From Thermoanaerobaculia bacterium (GTDB lineage Bacteria; Acidobacteriota; Thermoanaerobaculia; UBA5066): DNA of 64,000 nucleotides. Positions 33,464 through 42,987 of the stretch are shown here, piece after piece; positions within the stretch are counted from its first letter, which is position 1; every line of letters begins with the position of its first letter. Both the position numbers and the translations under genes were made by a program. The stretch is taken from positions 14,611 to 78,610 of the forward strand of contig JBBRRY010000015.1 in assembly GCA_038245905.1 (NCBI GenBank), given 5' to 3'. Under the pieces are notes generated by a model. The model was given only the letters and a program-made list of their open reading frames with translations. It ran no database searches and was not told where the DNA came from.

Positions 33464-34401
33464 GAAGGACTCGTTTCGGTCGTGAGGGCGAGGCGGATCG
33501 CGCCCATTTCCGGGGAATGGGCGGCGGGACCGACGCGCGCGAGCGGGGCCACGCGCCGGATCGCTTCGGCGAGAGGGTCCGTGACGAACGCGCCGGCCGC
33601 GAAGACGCCGCCGATGGTCGCGACGGGAAACGAGGCGCTCTCGAGGCCCAGCTTTTTCACGACCGTCACGACGTCGAGCGCGAGATCGTGTCCGGCCTCC
33701 GCGAGGATGCGCCGCGCCTCGCCATCGCCCGCGCGGGCCGCCGCGAGAACGACCGGAAAATACGCCGCGATGTCGGCGGCGCCGTCCTCGGAGCGGTAGA
33801 TTCTCTCGAGCAGCTCGGTCAAAGACGAGACACCGCCCGTGGAGAAGAGAAGCTCCTTGATCGCCGTCGGGGGACCGCGGCCGTCGAGCTCGCGAACGAC
33901 GGCGACGAGGCCCTGCCGGGCGATGGCATAACCGCCCCCTTCGTCGCTCAGGAGGGGTCCGAATCCGCCGGCGCGCGCCGTGGCGCCGCCTTCTCCCTGC
34001 CCGAAGGCGATGGCTCCCGTGCCTGCGATGACCACGACCGCAGGCGCGTCGACGCGATCGGGAGCCGCGCCCGAGAGAGCGATCCGCGCGTCGCTCGTGA
34101 GGAGGACGCGGCTCTTCACGAAGACCGACTCGAGTGCCTTGAGGAGGGGCTGCCGGTCCCGGATCGAGTCGACGCCGGCAAGGCCCACGACGACGGCTTC
34201 GGGGGGCACATCCCCGAGATCCGCCGCGAGAAGAGCGTCCGATGCAGCTTCCTGGACGGATTCCACGACCCGGGGGAGGGGGCGGGTGGCCACGTTCCCG
34301 GGGCCGGACGCGCCCCGGCCCAGCGGCGCGAGGTCCTTTCGAGCGACGACGGCGCGCGTACGGGTCCCCCCGCCGTCAATTCCGATGAAGAACGGCCCCA
34401 C
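33460..34401 (-). CDS. BadF/BadG/BcrA/BcrD-type sugar kinase (GlcNAc/MurNAc kinase-like)
   Basis: FIGIDGGGTRTRAVV (phosphate-1 motif) and IAGTGAIAFG. 4-nt overlap with the murQ start. Confidence 0.8.
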   Translation of the reverse strand: MGPFFIGIDGGGTRTRAVVARKDLAPLGRGASGPGNVATRPLPRVVESVQEAASDALLAADLGDVPPEAVVVGLAGVDSIRDRQPLLKALESVFVKSRVLLTSDARIALSGAAPDRVDAPAVVVIAGTGAIAFGQGEGGATARAGGFGPLLSDEGGGYAIARQGLVAVVRELDGRGPPTAIKELLFSTGGVSSLTELLERIYRSEDGAADIAAYFPVVLAAARAGDGEARRILAEAGHDLALDVVTVVKKLGLESASFPVATIGGVFAAGAFVTDPLAEAIRRVAPLARVGPAAHSPEMGAIRLALTTETSPS

Positions 34402-34476
34402 GGAGCCAGCTTAGCAAGGGCGGCCAGATTCACCCGCATCAGTTCCGGCGATCCGCGGGCGCGTTAGATTCACCCC

Positions 34477-35793
34477 ATGACGTTCGACACCGACTGGAAG
34501 ACCCGCTACTCCCGAAAGGTCGCGACGGCCGAAGACGCCGTACGTGCCATCCTCCCGGGCCGCCGCATCCTGATCGGCTCCGGCGCCGGCGAACCGGGGC
34601 GCCTCGTCGAGGCCCTCGTGTCGCACGCCACGCAGCTCCGCGGAAACGAAATCGTCCACCTCATGACGCTCGGGGCCGCCCCTTACGTCGCCCCGGGACT
34701 CGAGGACCGCTTCCGCCACATGGCGTTCTTCATCGGGTCGAACGTGCGGGGCGCCGTCCAGGAAGGACGCGCCGACTTCCTGCCCGTCTTCCTGTCCGAG
34801 ATCCCGCAGCTCATCACGAGCGGGCGTCTCGGAGTGCATGCGGCGCTCGTACAGGTGAGTCCGCCCGACCACCACGGATTCGTAAGCCTCGGGGTTTCCG
34901 TCGACATCGTGCGGGGTGCCGTGGACACGGCCGACATCGTCCTCGCCGAGGTCAATCCGAACATGCCGCGGACGCTCGGCGACTCTTTCCTCCACGTGGA
35001 CCGCATCGCGCACCTCGTGCCCGTGGACGACCCGCTGCACGAGCTCAAACCCGAGCCGCTCGACGAAGTCTGCCGGCAGATCGGGCATCACGCCGCGCAG
35101 CTGATCCAGGACGGGTCGACTCTGCAGATGGGAATCGGGCGCATCCCGGATGCGGTCATGAGCGGCCTCCGGGAGCGAAGCGACCTCGGGATCCACACGG
35201 AGATGCTGTCCGACGGCGTCATGGCGCTCGCGAAGGCCGGCGTGATCACGGGCCGGAAGAAGACGCTCCTCCCGGGCAAGATCGTCACGTCCTTCATCAT
35301 GGGCACGCGCGCTCTCTACGACTGGGTGGACGACAACCCCGTCGTCGAAATGCGCCCTTCGAGCTTCACGAACGACTCGTTCCAGATCGCGCGAAACGAC
35401 AAGATGGTCGCGCTGAACTCGGCCCTTGCCGTTGACCTCACCGGCCAGGTCGCGGCCGACTCGATTGGCGGGCGCTTCTTCTCGGGCATCGGGGGCCAGG
35501 TGGACTTCATCCGGGGCGCCGCGCGCAGCAAAGGCGGCAAGCCCATCATCGCCCTGCCGTCGACCGCCAAGAACGGCGCGATCAGCCGCATCGTCCCGGT
35601 GCTCGAGGAAGGGGCCGGTGTCGTGACGAGCCGCGGAGACATTCACTACGTCGTCACGGAGTACGGGGCCGCGGATCTGTGGGGCAAGAACATCCGCCAG
35701 AGAACGGAAGCGCTCATCGGCATCGCGCACCCGGATTTCCGCGCCGACCTCCTGGCGAGCGCGAAGGCCCGGAAATACGTATTCGCCGGCTGA
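34477..35793 (+). CDS. Acetyl-CoA hydrolase/transferase family protein (4-hydroxybutyrate/succinyl-CoA:acetate CoA-transferase-like)
   Basis: 438 aa. ILIGSGAGEP, ..GIGRIPDAV.., SGIGGQVDF and ..YVVTEYGAADLWGK are typical of the family. Confidence 0.85.
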   Translation: MTFDTDWKTRYSRKVATAEDAVRAILPGRRILIGSGAGEPGRLVEALVSHATQLRGNEIVHLMTLGAAPYVAPGLEDRFRHMAFFIGSNVRGAVQEGRADFLPVFLSEIPQLITSGRLGVHAALVQVSPPDHHGFVSLGVSVDIVRGAVDTADIVLAEVNPNMPRTLGDSFLHVDRIAHLVPVDDPLHELKPEPLDEVCRQIGHHAAQLIQDGSTLQMGIGRIPDAVMSGLRERSDLGIHTEMLSDGVMALAKAGVITGRKKTLLPGKIVTSFIMGTRALYDWVDDNPVVEMRPSSFTNDSFQIARNDKMVALNSALAVDLTGQVAADSIGGRFFSGIGGQVDFIRGAARSKGGKPIIALPSTAKNGAISRIVPVLEEGAGVVTSRGDIHYVVTEYGAADLWGKNIRQRTEALIGIAHPDFRADLLASAKARKYVFAG

Positions 35794-35812
35794 CCCGCGC
35801 TAACCTCGCGGC

Positions 35813-37735
35813 GTGCGCCGCCGGCTCCCGACGTTTCTCGCGCCTCTCCTGCTCCTTCTCGCCGCCTTCGCCCTGAAGACGGCGCTGCTCGAGCATTTCG
35901 ACACGCATCCGCTCCTCCAGCCCGCGGGAGACATGGACAGCGGCGTTTATGCGCGGCTCGCGGCCGACGTCGCACGCGGCGACTTGCTCCTCCGCGGGCC
36001 GGGTCCCGTCCCGTATTTCGTCTCGCCGCTCTACATCTATTTCCTCGCAGCGGTTCACGCGCTCTCGGCGGGCTCGCTGTTCGCGGCGAAAGTCGTCCAG
36101 ATCGTCCTTGGGACGGCCGTCGTTGGGCTCGTCTGGGCGATGACGCGCCGGCTCTTCGACGACCGCGCCGCGCTCGTCGCGGGAATCCTCTACGCGCTCA
36201 CCGGCATCGTGTCGTTCCACGAGATTCTGATCTTGCAGGCCGCGCTGGATCCCTTCCTGACCGCGCTCTTTCTTTTCCTGCTGGCGGTTGCACTCAGTCC
36301 AGACCAGCCGAAGACTTCTTTGAAGGTGAATGAGGAGAAGGCAGCAGCATGGGCGGCGGCCGGGGCCGCGCTGGGCCTTTTCGCGTTGAATCGCCCCAAC
36401 GTTCTCCCATTCGCGGCGGTCGTCGCAGTCGGACTCGTCGTGCGGGGCATCGGCGCACGCGGCGAGCGTCCTCTCTCTCCTCCTTTCAAAGAGAATCCTC
36501 TTCGAACGCTGGGATTTGCCGGGGCCTTCCTCGCAGGCACCGCCGCGATCGTGGCGCTGCCCCTCGCGCGCAATCTCATCGTCTCCGGCGAGCCCGTCCT
36601 GATCTCCTCGCACGGCGGCCTGAACCTCCTCGTCGGTAACGGGCCCGGCGCGAACGGGGTATACCGATGGCTGGACGGCATCACGCCGTCTGTCTCCGGC
36701 CAGGCCGCGGACGCGAAAAAGCTCGCGGAACGTGAGACGGGACGGCCGCTCACGACGCGCGAGGTGTCGTCGTTCTTCGCGCGGCGCGCATTTTCCTGGA
36801 TGGCCGAACAGCCCCAGGCGGCGGTACGCCTCTTCGCCCGGAAAATCTGGTACGTCTTCTCGAACGACGAGCTGTCGCTCAATTTCAGCGCGACGTGGTA
36901 CCGCCGCGAGAGCGTCCTCCTCCGGCTTCTCGCCGTGGGGCCGTGGCTGCTGGTGCCGCTCGGGATGGCGGGCCTCGTTCTCGCCGTCCTCGGCGCAGGG
37001 AGATTCCCGGGGCGTGTCGCGGGGATCTGGGCTTCCTTCGTGCCGGTCTACGCGCTCCTCGTCGCCGCGTTCTTCGTGGCGACGCGCTATCGGCTGCCCC
37101 TCGCAGTCCCACTCGCGGCCGGAGCGGGCGGGGCGGTGTCGATCGTGTGGACGTCGCTCCTGAAGCGAGACGGGAAGCGCGACCGGAAGCCAGTTCTCGT
37201 AGCCGCATGCGTCGCCCTGCCGTGCCTGCTCCTCGCGCTCTGGCCGACCGGCGTCGACGACGGCTCGTCGGAAGAAGAAATGCAGTGGGTGCTCGCCCTG
37301 ATCGAGACGGGCGATGTCTCCGAGAGCACGACGCGCCTCCACACGCTCGCGAAAACGTATCCGATGCCGGGCGTCCTGTGGTTCCGGGCGGGCCAGGCCT
37401 GGGCCGCTGCCGGCCGCCTCGACGACGCGATCTCCGCTCTCGAGCGGGCGCGCGCGATCGACCTCGAGCAGAAGGAGACGAGAGGCGTGCTCGCGGCCGC
37501 ACGCGAGAGGCGGGGAATGGAGCGCGCGACGGCGGGAAAGATGTCGGACGCGGCGGCGGACATGGAGGAGGCCGCGCGCCTCGACCCGGGCAATCCGGCC
37601 ATCCGGGTGAACCTCGCCGCGATTCTGGCGGAGCAGGGAGATAGTGCGCGGGCACGCTCTCTCGCGTCGGAGGCGCTCGCGCTTCGGCCCGGCTACGACA
37701 AGGCCGAGGCGCTCCTCCGGGCCCTTCCCAAATGA
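35813..37735 (+). CDS. ArnT/PMT-like (GT39/GT83-type) membrane glycosyltransferase with a C-terminal TPR domain
   Basis: About 11 TM segments with an early periplasmic DxD-like loop (GDMDSGVY). The C-terminal ~150 aa form TPR-like repeats (..AGQAWAAAGRLDDAISALERARAIDL.., ..EEAARLDPGNPAIRVNLAAILAEQGD..). Confidence 0.72.
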   Translation: MRRRLPTFLAPLLLLLAAFALKTALLEHFDTHPLLQPAGDMDSGVYARLAADVARGDLLLRGPGPVPYFVSPLYIYFLAAVHALSAGSLFAAKVVQIVLGTAVVGLVWAMTRRLFDDRAALVAGILYALTGIVSFHEILILQAALDPFLTALFLFLLAVALSPDQPKTSLKVNEEKAAAWAAAGAALGLFALNRPNVLPFAAVVAVGLVVRGIGARGERPLSPPFKENPLRTLGFAGAFLAGTAAIVALPLARNLIVSGEPVLISSHGGLNLLVGNGPGANGVYRWLDGITPSVSGQAADAKKLAERETGRPLTTREVSSFFARRAFSWMAEQPQAAVRLFARKIWYVFSNDELSLNFSATWYRRESVLLRLLAVGPWLLVPLGMAGLVLAVLGAGRFPGRVAGIWASFVPVYALLVAAFFVATRYRLPLAVPLAAGAGGAVSIVWTSLLKRDGKRDRKPVLVAACVALPCLLLALWPTGVDDGSSEEEMQWVLALIETGDVSESTTRLHTLAKTYPMPGVLWFRAGQAWAAAGRLDDAISALERARAIDLEQKETRGVLAAARERRGMERATAGKMSDAAADMEEAARLDPGNPAIRVNLAAILAEQGDSARARSLASEALALRPGYDKAEALLRALPK

Positions 37736-37737
37736 AA

Positions 37738-37761
37738 CGGCCCGGCGTTTCCGCCGGGCCG
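37738..37761. terminator. Bidirectional stem-loop between convergent GT39/TPR and TonB-receptor genes
   Basis: CGGCCCGGCG-TTTC-CGCCGGGCCG: a perfect 10-bp stem with a 4-nt loop, 3 nt after the stop at 37735 and 23 nt before the stop at 37784 (-). Confidence 0.55.
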
Positions 37762-37783
37762 GGAGGAATCGGGAGGGGCGCTT

Positions 37784-40546
37784 CTAGAAGTTGAAGAGCG
37801 CCGTCAGGAGGAAGCGGCGAGCCGCCGTGTATGCCGTCGGGGCCCCGAAGTTCGCGTTCGGCTTCGTCGTCCCCTGCGGACCGAGGTTCCGCGCCGGCGT
37901 CCCGTCGACGTAGTCGTCGAAGTACTGGGTGCGGTCCACGGCGGAGATGATCTGCGTGTTGAAAACGTTCTGGACGCGGCCTTCGAGGCGGAGGCCCATG
38001 TCGCCGCCGAGCTTGAACGTGTAGCCGAGGAGAAGGTCGAGGTTCGACCACGTCGGCAGGCGGCGCGATCCGGCCGGCTCGAGGTAGCGCAGGAAGCTGC
38101 CGTTCGCGTCCATACCCGTCGCCTGCCAGGCCGCGCCGCTCTGGAGGCGGTAGAAGCCGCCCAGCGAGAATCCGTAGGGCAGGTCATAGCTCGCGAAGAT
38201 CTTGAGGATGTGAGGGCGGTCCTGCCCGAGCGTGCCGTTGCGGTTCGGCTCGGCGCTGTTGATGCCCGGGTTGTCCTCGAGGAGCGAGGACGTATTGAAG
38301 AGTCCGAGGCCGTATTCCTCGTCGAAGTTCCCGCGGAGCTCGCTGTAGGTGTAGTTCACGTTCGCGTACCAGCCGTGGGAATACCGCTTCGTGAGGTCGA
38401 GGGTGACGCCTCGGTAGTTGCGCGTCGCGCCCGCGATGTTCGCGGCCTTGAAGGAGCCGAAGTAGTTGTCCGGGTCGATCGGCGCGTCCTCGAAGGCGTC
38501 CTTGAGGGCCCGCTGCTGGTAGTAGACCTCGAAGGAGAAGTCGCTCCCCAACGGGGCGGCGTAGCCGAGGATGAATTCCTGATAGGAGGGCGGCTTGAGG
38601 TCGGCGGGAATGACCTTGCCGCCGGAAGAGCCGCGGATCTGCTGGCCGAGGTACACGCCGGTCACCTTGTCGAACCACGCCTGGTCCTGACGGATCCGGA
38701 AGGGCGCGAACGAGCGGGCGGTCGACTTCTGGTCGAGGCTCAGGTAGCGCCCGAAGCTGCCGTAGAACTTGTCACCGGCGAGGAGCTCGGCGTTGTACGC
38801 GAGGCCGATGCGCGGCTGTATCTCGTCCTTCCAGTCGAAGGACATGAAGTTGTAGCGCGTCTCCTCGGTCACGAGACTGGTGCCGCAGACGACGCCCGGC
38901 ATGCACACCTGCGCGAAGTCGTCCTTATTCACGAGGACGCCGACGGTGGCCGTCAGGCGCTTCCACGTGAGCTGGTCCTGAAGAAATACGGAGTAGGTGC
39001 GCGCTTTGCTGTTCTGCTCGGGCTGCAGCGTGTAGTAGCGGGCGCGGATCTGGCCGGACCGCGATGTCCCACAGACGGAGGCAGGGCATGTCGAGCTTGC
39101 GATGAAGGCTCCCCACCCGTTCGTCTGCCGCACGAGGTCGTAGGTGTCGTTCTCGTAGCCGCCGCCGGCCTTGAGCTGATTCTGCGTCTCGCCGAGGTCG
39201 AAGAACGTGCTCGCCGTGAGCTTGATCTCGTCACGCTTGTACGAGTCGCCGACGTTCGCGAACTCGTAAAAGCCTGTGTTGCCACCCGAGCGGTTCACGT
39301 TGTCGTAGAACGCGCCGTAATTCCCGAGGTTTGCCGGGTCAACCGTGCGCGGCTGGCCCGAGAGTGTGTTCTGGGCCTGTTGCGTGTCGTTCTCCGTAAG
39401 GTGGACGTATTTCGCCTCGACGTAGCTGTCCTTGTTGACGAACCAGTTCGCGACGACGCTGGTTACGTAATTCGTCGTATCGGCGTCCCACCCTGCCTTC
39501 GGCGTGTCGAACAGCGAGTCGAAGCCGTTCGAGACCTTGTTCGGAAGCGCCCGGAACCCGGCGTTCAGGAGGAAGGAGGAGCCGAGGTAGCCGGTCAGCT
39601 TTCCGAAGTAGTCCTGGTTGTGGGTCGTTGTGTCCGGGAGGGAGCCGTACTGGCTGCCCTGACCGGTGGACTTCGCGGAGAAGTAGCGGCCGGACGCATA
39701 GCCGAAGAGCATGTCCTTGACGATCGGGAACCCGATGTTCGCGGCGCCCGTATACCGGTCGGTCGTCTGGGTGGACGCGCCCGTGACCGGTGCGGCGATG
39801 AACCCGTCGGGTTGCGCCTCGACGCGGAGGCCACCGTGGATGTCGTTCGTGCCCGACTTCGTGACCGCGTTGACGATGGCGCCCGACGTGCGTCCGAACT
39901 CGGCGGAAATTCCGCCCTTCTTGATGTTGACGTCCGCGATGTCGAGCTCGTTCGTGTCGACCTGCAGGTAGCCATAGCCGGGGTTCGTGATGTTGACCCC
40001 GTCGACCATGTACTTGTTGTCCTGCCGCGTCCCGCCCGCGACGGAGACGTACCCGTTGCCCGCGGTGGCGGCGGCGCCCGGGATCAGGTTCAGGATGCCC
40101 TCGTACGTGCGCGCGAGCGGGAGCGACTTGATCTCGGTGTCGGTGAAGTTCGCGTTGACCTCGGCGCTCTTCTTGTCCACTTCGGCGGCGGTGGCGGTGA
40201 CCGTCACCTCGGCCCTGGCGGACTGAACCAGCTTGAGATGGACCTGCGCGTCGACGTCGACCTGAACCTGTACCGTGCTCGCGGCCTTGCCGAGTCCCTG
40301 AAGACTCGCCTCGACCGTGTATTTGCCGGGAATCAGGACGGGGAAGTTGTAGGCGCCCCTGGCGGACGTGACGGCGGACCGGCCCGCGGGGAGCTGCGGA
40401 CCGGAAACCTTCACCGTCGCGCCCGGGACTCCGACGCCGCTCGAATCCGTGATGGCGCCGGAAATCGATCCAGTCTCCGCCGCCCACGTGGCGGTGGCCG
40501 TCACGAGGAGCACGAGTGAGAGCAGTGCACGCGAGATAAACCTCAT
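37784..40546 (-). CDS. TonB-dependent receptor with N-terminal carboxypeptidase-regulatory-like (CarboxypepD_reg) domain
   Basis: Start MRFISRALLSLVLLVTATATWA at comp(40544..40546) with GGAGGAG upstream. ISGAITDSSGVGVPGATVKV..GKYTVEA (CarboxypepD_reg). Plug and barrel follow, with a terminal aromatic ..LLTALFNF. Confidence 0.87.
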   Translation of the reverse strand: MRFISRALLSLVLLVTATATWAAETGSISGAITDSSGVGVPGATVKVSGPQLPAGRSAVTSARGAYNFPVLIPGKYTVEASLQGLGKAASTVQVQVDVDAQVHLKLVQSARAEVTVTATAAEVDKKSAEVNANFTDTEIKSLPLARTYEGILNLIPGAAATAGNGYVSVAGGTRQDNKYMVDGVNITNPGYGYLQVDTNELDIADVNIKKGGISAEFGRTSGAIVNAVTKSGTNDIHGGLRVEAQPDGFIAAPVTGASTQTTDRYTGAANIGFPIVKDMLFGYASGRYFSAKSTGQGSQYGSLPDTTTHNQDYFGKLTGYLGSSFLLNAGFRALPNKVSNGFDSLFDTPKAGWDADTTNYVTSVVANWFVNKDSYVEAKYVHLTENDTQQAQNTLSGQPRTVDPANLGNYGAFYDNVNRSGGNTGFYEFANVGDSYKRDEIKLTASTFFDLGETQNQLKAGGGYENDTYDLVRQTNGWGAFIASSTCPASVCGTSRSGQIRARYYTLQPEQNSKARTYSVFLQDQLTWKRLTATVGVLVNKDDFAQVCMPGVVCGTSLVTEETRYNFMSFDWKDEIQPRIGLAYNAELLAGDKFYGSFGRYLSLDQKSTARSFAPFRIRQDQAWFDKVTGVYLGQQIRGSSGGKVIPADLKPPSYQEFILGYAAPLGSDFSFEVYYQQRALKDAFEDAPIDPDNYFGSFKAANIAGATRNYRGVTLDLTKRYSHGWYANVNYTYSELRGNFDEEYGLGLFNTSSLLEDNPGINSAEPNRNGTLGQDRPHILKIFASYDLPYGFSLGGFYRLQSGAAWQATGMDANGSFLRYLEPAGSRRLPTWSNLDLLLGYTFKLGGDMGLRLEGRVQNVFNTQIISAVDRTQYFDDYVDGTPARNLGPQGTTKPNANFGAPTAYTAARRFLLTALFNF

Positions 40547-40652
40547 TCCAGATCTCCTCCTTAAATAGATAATCAATAATTTAACGTGAACCACGGGGGT
40601 TTTTACCACGAAAGGGCAATCGTGATCGAGTGTCCAATGGCCGTCCAATTCA

Positions 40653-42137
40653 TTGGAGCCACGGCTTCGCCGCTCCTTCGCGGATAATCGGGCGGAACCT
40701 CACTTGAGCGACTCGACCAGAATCCTTAACGGCACGTACGAACTTCTGGGAAAAGTGCGCGCGGGCGGCATGGGGGCGGTCTGGAAGGCGCGTCACGTGA
40801 AGCTCGGGACGACCTGCGTCGTGAAGCTGCTGCACGAGTCGCTCATCGACGATCCCTCGGCGCAGGAGCGCTTCAAGCGCGAGGCTCAGACCGCCCTGAA
40901 AGTGAACCACCCGAACGTCGTGCGTTTCTTCGACTACGCGATGGAGCCGGACGGAACGGCCGTTCTCGTCATGGAGTACATCCCGGGAGTCGATGTCTCC
41001 GAGCTCATGAAGTCCACGGGGCGGCCCCCGCTCCCCGTGGCGCTCGAGATCGCGCGTCAGACGCTTGCCGCGCTCGGAGCGCTCCACGCAATGGGAATCG
41101 TCCATCGCGACGTCTCGCCGGACAACCTCATGCTCACGGTCGACAAGGACGGCACGCTCCTTGTGAAGCTCGTCGACCTCGGCCTCGCGAAGGAGATGGA
41201 CCAGAAGAGCCTGACCGAGACTGGCATGTTCATGGGCAAGCTCAAGTACGGCTCGCCCGAGCAGCTCGGTCCCGCCCGGAAGGCGGGGATAGACCTCAGG
41301 AGCGACCTCTACGGCTTCTCGGTCGTGCTCTATCAGATCCTGACGGGGACGCCGCCCTTCGAGGCGGACACGCCTGGAGGCTGGGTCTACGCGCACCTGT
41401 CCGAGGCACCGCGGCCGTTCGCCGAGACCGATCCTCAAGGACGCATCCCCGGGGACGTCTGCATCGCCGTGATGCGCGGCCTGGAAAAAGACCGCGCCCA
41501 GCGGTTTCAGTCGGCTGCGGATTACGCGAAGGCGCTCGAGCCCGTGCGGAGGCGACTCGGAGACGCCGGTCTCGCCGAGACGCTCGGCACGATCCGCACG
41601 CTGGCCGAGGCACGGAAGGCGCGCTCCGTCGAGGCGGTCCGCTTCGGCTCGAAGGTCGCGCGCGATCCCTCTTCAGGCGCGGGGTACGGGCCGTCCTGGT
41701 CCGCAGGGCGCCTGAGGTGGGGTGTTGCCGCCGGCGTTGCGGCGGTTGGACTCGCCTTGTTGCTCTTCTGGATGCGGCGCGGCAATCCACAGGAGCCAAG
41801 GCTCGCGCCGTCTGCCTCGCCCGGCACGCCACGCGTGTCGCCCGCCGCGCGTGCGGTGCGGACCGTCCTGGCGAAGGGCGGGATCTCGTTCGTCGCTCTC
41901 CCGAATGCCGACATCCGCGTCTTTGCCGCGGCGACATCGGAGGAAGTCCCCCTCCCCGGACACACCACGCCGCTGTATGTCTCGCTCTCGCCGGGTATCT
42001 ATCGCGTCGAGCTGACGTTCCCGGGCGCGCGGCCGGCAACCCGGCTCGTGACCGTGGAGCCGGGGCGCGCGATCGCGGTGCGCGTCGAAGACCCGAAGTT
42101 CGACGTCGAGAAGCTCGTGGCCGCCTATGTACCTTAG
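40653..42137 (+). CDS. Ser/Thr protein kinase (Hanks type) with a TM helix and a PEGA-like extracytoplasmic domain
   Basis: GAGGMGAVWKA..VVKLL (GxGxxG...K), HRDVSPDNLML and DLGLAK..GSPEQ. TM helix WGVAAGVAAVGLALLLFW. C-terminus ..ADIRVFAA..PGIYRVELTFPG. The start is a TTG at 40653 and is uncertain; a second in-frame TTG lies about 50 nt downstream. Confidence 0.85.
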   Translation: MEPRLRRSFADNRAEPHLSDSTRILNGTYELLGKVRAGGMGAVWKARHVKLGTTCVVKLLHESLIDDPSAQERFKREAQTALKVNHPNVVRFFDYAMEPDGTAVLVMEYIPGVDVSELMKSTGRPPLPVALEIARQTLAALGALHAMGIVHRDVSPDNLMLTVDKDGTLLVKLVDLGLAKEMDQKSLTETGMFMGKLKYGSPEQLGPARKAGIDLRSDLYGFSVVLYQILTGTPPFEADTPGGWVYAHLSEAPRPFAETDPQGRIPGDVCIAVMRGLEKDRAQRFQSAADYAKALEPVRRRLGDAGLAETLGTIRTLAEARKARSVEAVRFGSKVARDPSSGAGYGPSWSAGRLRWGVAAGVAAVGLALLLFWMRRGNPQEPRLAPSASPGTPRVSPAARAVRTVLAKGGISFVALPNADIRVFAAATSEEVPLPGHTTPLYVSLSPGIYRVELTFPGARPATRLVTVEPGRAIAVRVEDPKFDVEKLVAAYVP

Positions 42138-42987
42138 GCCAGCGCTTCTCCTCGCCCTCTGCCTCCTGGCTGGGCGACTCTTCGCGCAGGACGCGGCGGA
42201 TTCCTATCAAGCGGGGCTCGACGCGTTTGCAAGGAGGGACTTCGGCGCGGCGGCGAATGCGTTTCGGCAGGCGATCCGGCGGGAGCCCGGCGAGCAGCGG
42301 CGGCTTCACATCAGCGGCACGTTCTTTCACGAGAACTACGTTCCGCACTTCTTTCTCGGGCTTTCGCTGAAAGAGCTGGGAGACGCTCCGGGGGCGCGCG
42401 CGGAGCTCGTGCTTTCCAGGAGCCAGGGCCTCGTCCCCCAGCACCCGGCCTACGGCCCGCGTCTTGCCGCCGCGCTCCTCGAGCTGGAGGCGAAGAGGTC
42501 CTCGTCGGCTCCTTTGCCCGCGAAGCCCGTCGCGATTCCGGCGACGGTGGTGACGACGACCGCGGCGACGCCGCGCCCGGGCCTCTCCGCCCCGCTCGGA
42601 CCCGCCGCCGGCGTTCCGCCTCTTCCCGCCGCGTCGGGGGCTGAGACCGCGTTCCAACCCGAAGCGGCTCCCGTGTCGGAGACGCGGATCGTGCTTCGGA
42701 ACGGCATCCGTTCCTTTTTCCGCGGCGACTACGATGGCTCGATCAAGACGCTCTCGGGTCTTTCCGACGCCGGCAACGAAACGGCGCGTCTCTTCACCGC
42801 GTACGCGATGGCGGGGTCCGTGCTCGCGGGCGGCCGGGAGGCGGGTCCGGAGCTGCCGCGCGCCCGCGCCCTGTTCGAAGGCTTGCCCGGCCGCACGCGG
42901 CCGAGGAAGCCGCCCGGCGTATCCGCGCGGATTCTGGAGGCGCTTGCCGCCCCGGCCGGCGGCCGCTCGGCCGATCGCTCCCCATGA
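42127..42987 (+). CDS. Secreted hypothetical protein with TPR-like N- and C-terminal helices and a Pro/Ala-rich linker
   Basis: Signal peptide MYLRPALLLALCLLAGRLFAQ. ..SYQAGLDAFARRDFGAAANAFRQAIRREP.. is TPR-like. 11-nt overlap with the kinase gene and ATGA overlap with the downstream OMP gene. Confidence 0.55.
   Translation: MYLRPALLLALCLLAGRLFAQDAADSYQAGLDAFARRDFGAAANAFRQAIRREPGEQRRLHISGTFFHENYVPHFFLGLSLKELGDAPGARAELVLSRSQGLVPQHPAYGPRLAAALLELEAKRSSSAPLPAKPVAIPATVVTTTAATPRPGLSAPLGPAAGVPPLPAASGAETAFQPEAAPVSETRIVLRNGIRSFFRGDYDGSIKTLSGLSDAGNETARLFTAYAMAGSVLAGGREAGPELPRARALFEGLPGRTRPRKPPGVSARILEALAAPAGGRSADRSP

Noticed and set aside
38210-40519. 769-aa plus-strand ORF antisense to the TonB-dependent receptor
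   Set aside because: It has no motifs and a V/R/E/D-rich composition. The minus frame encodes a complete CarboxypepD_reg-plug-barrel receptor with a terminal Phe.
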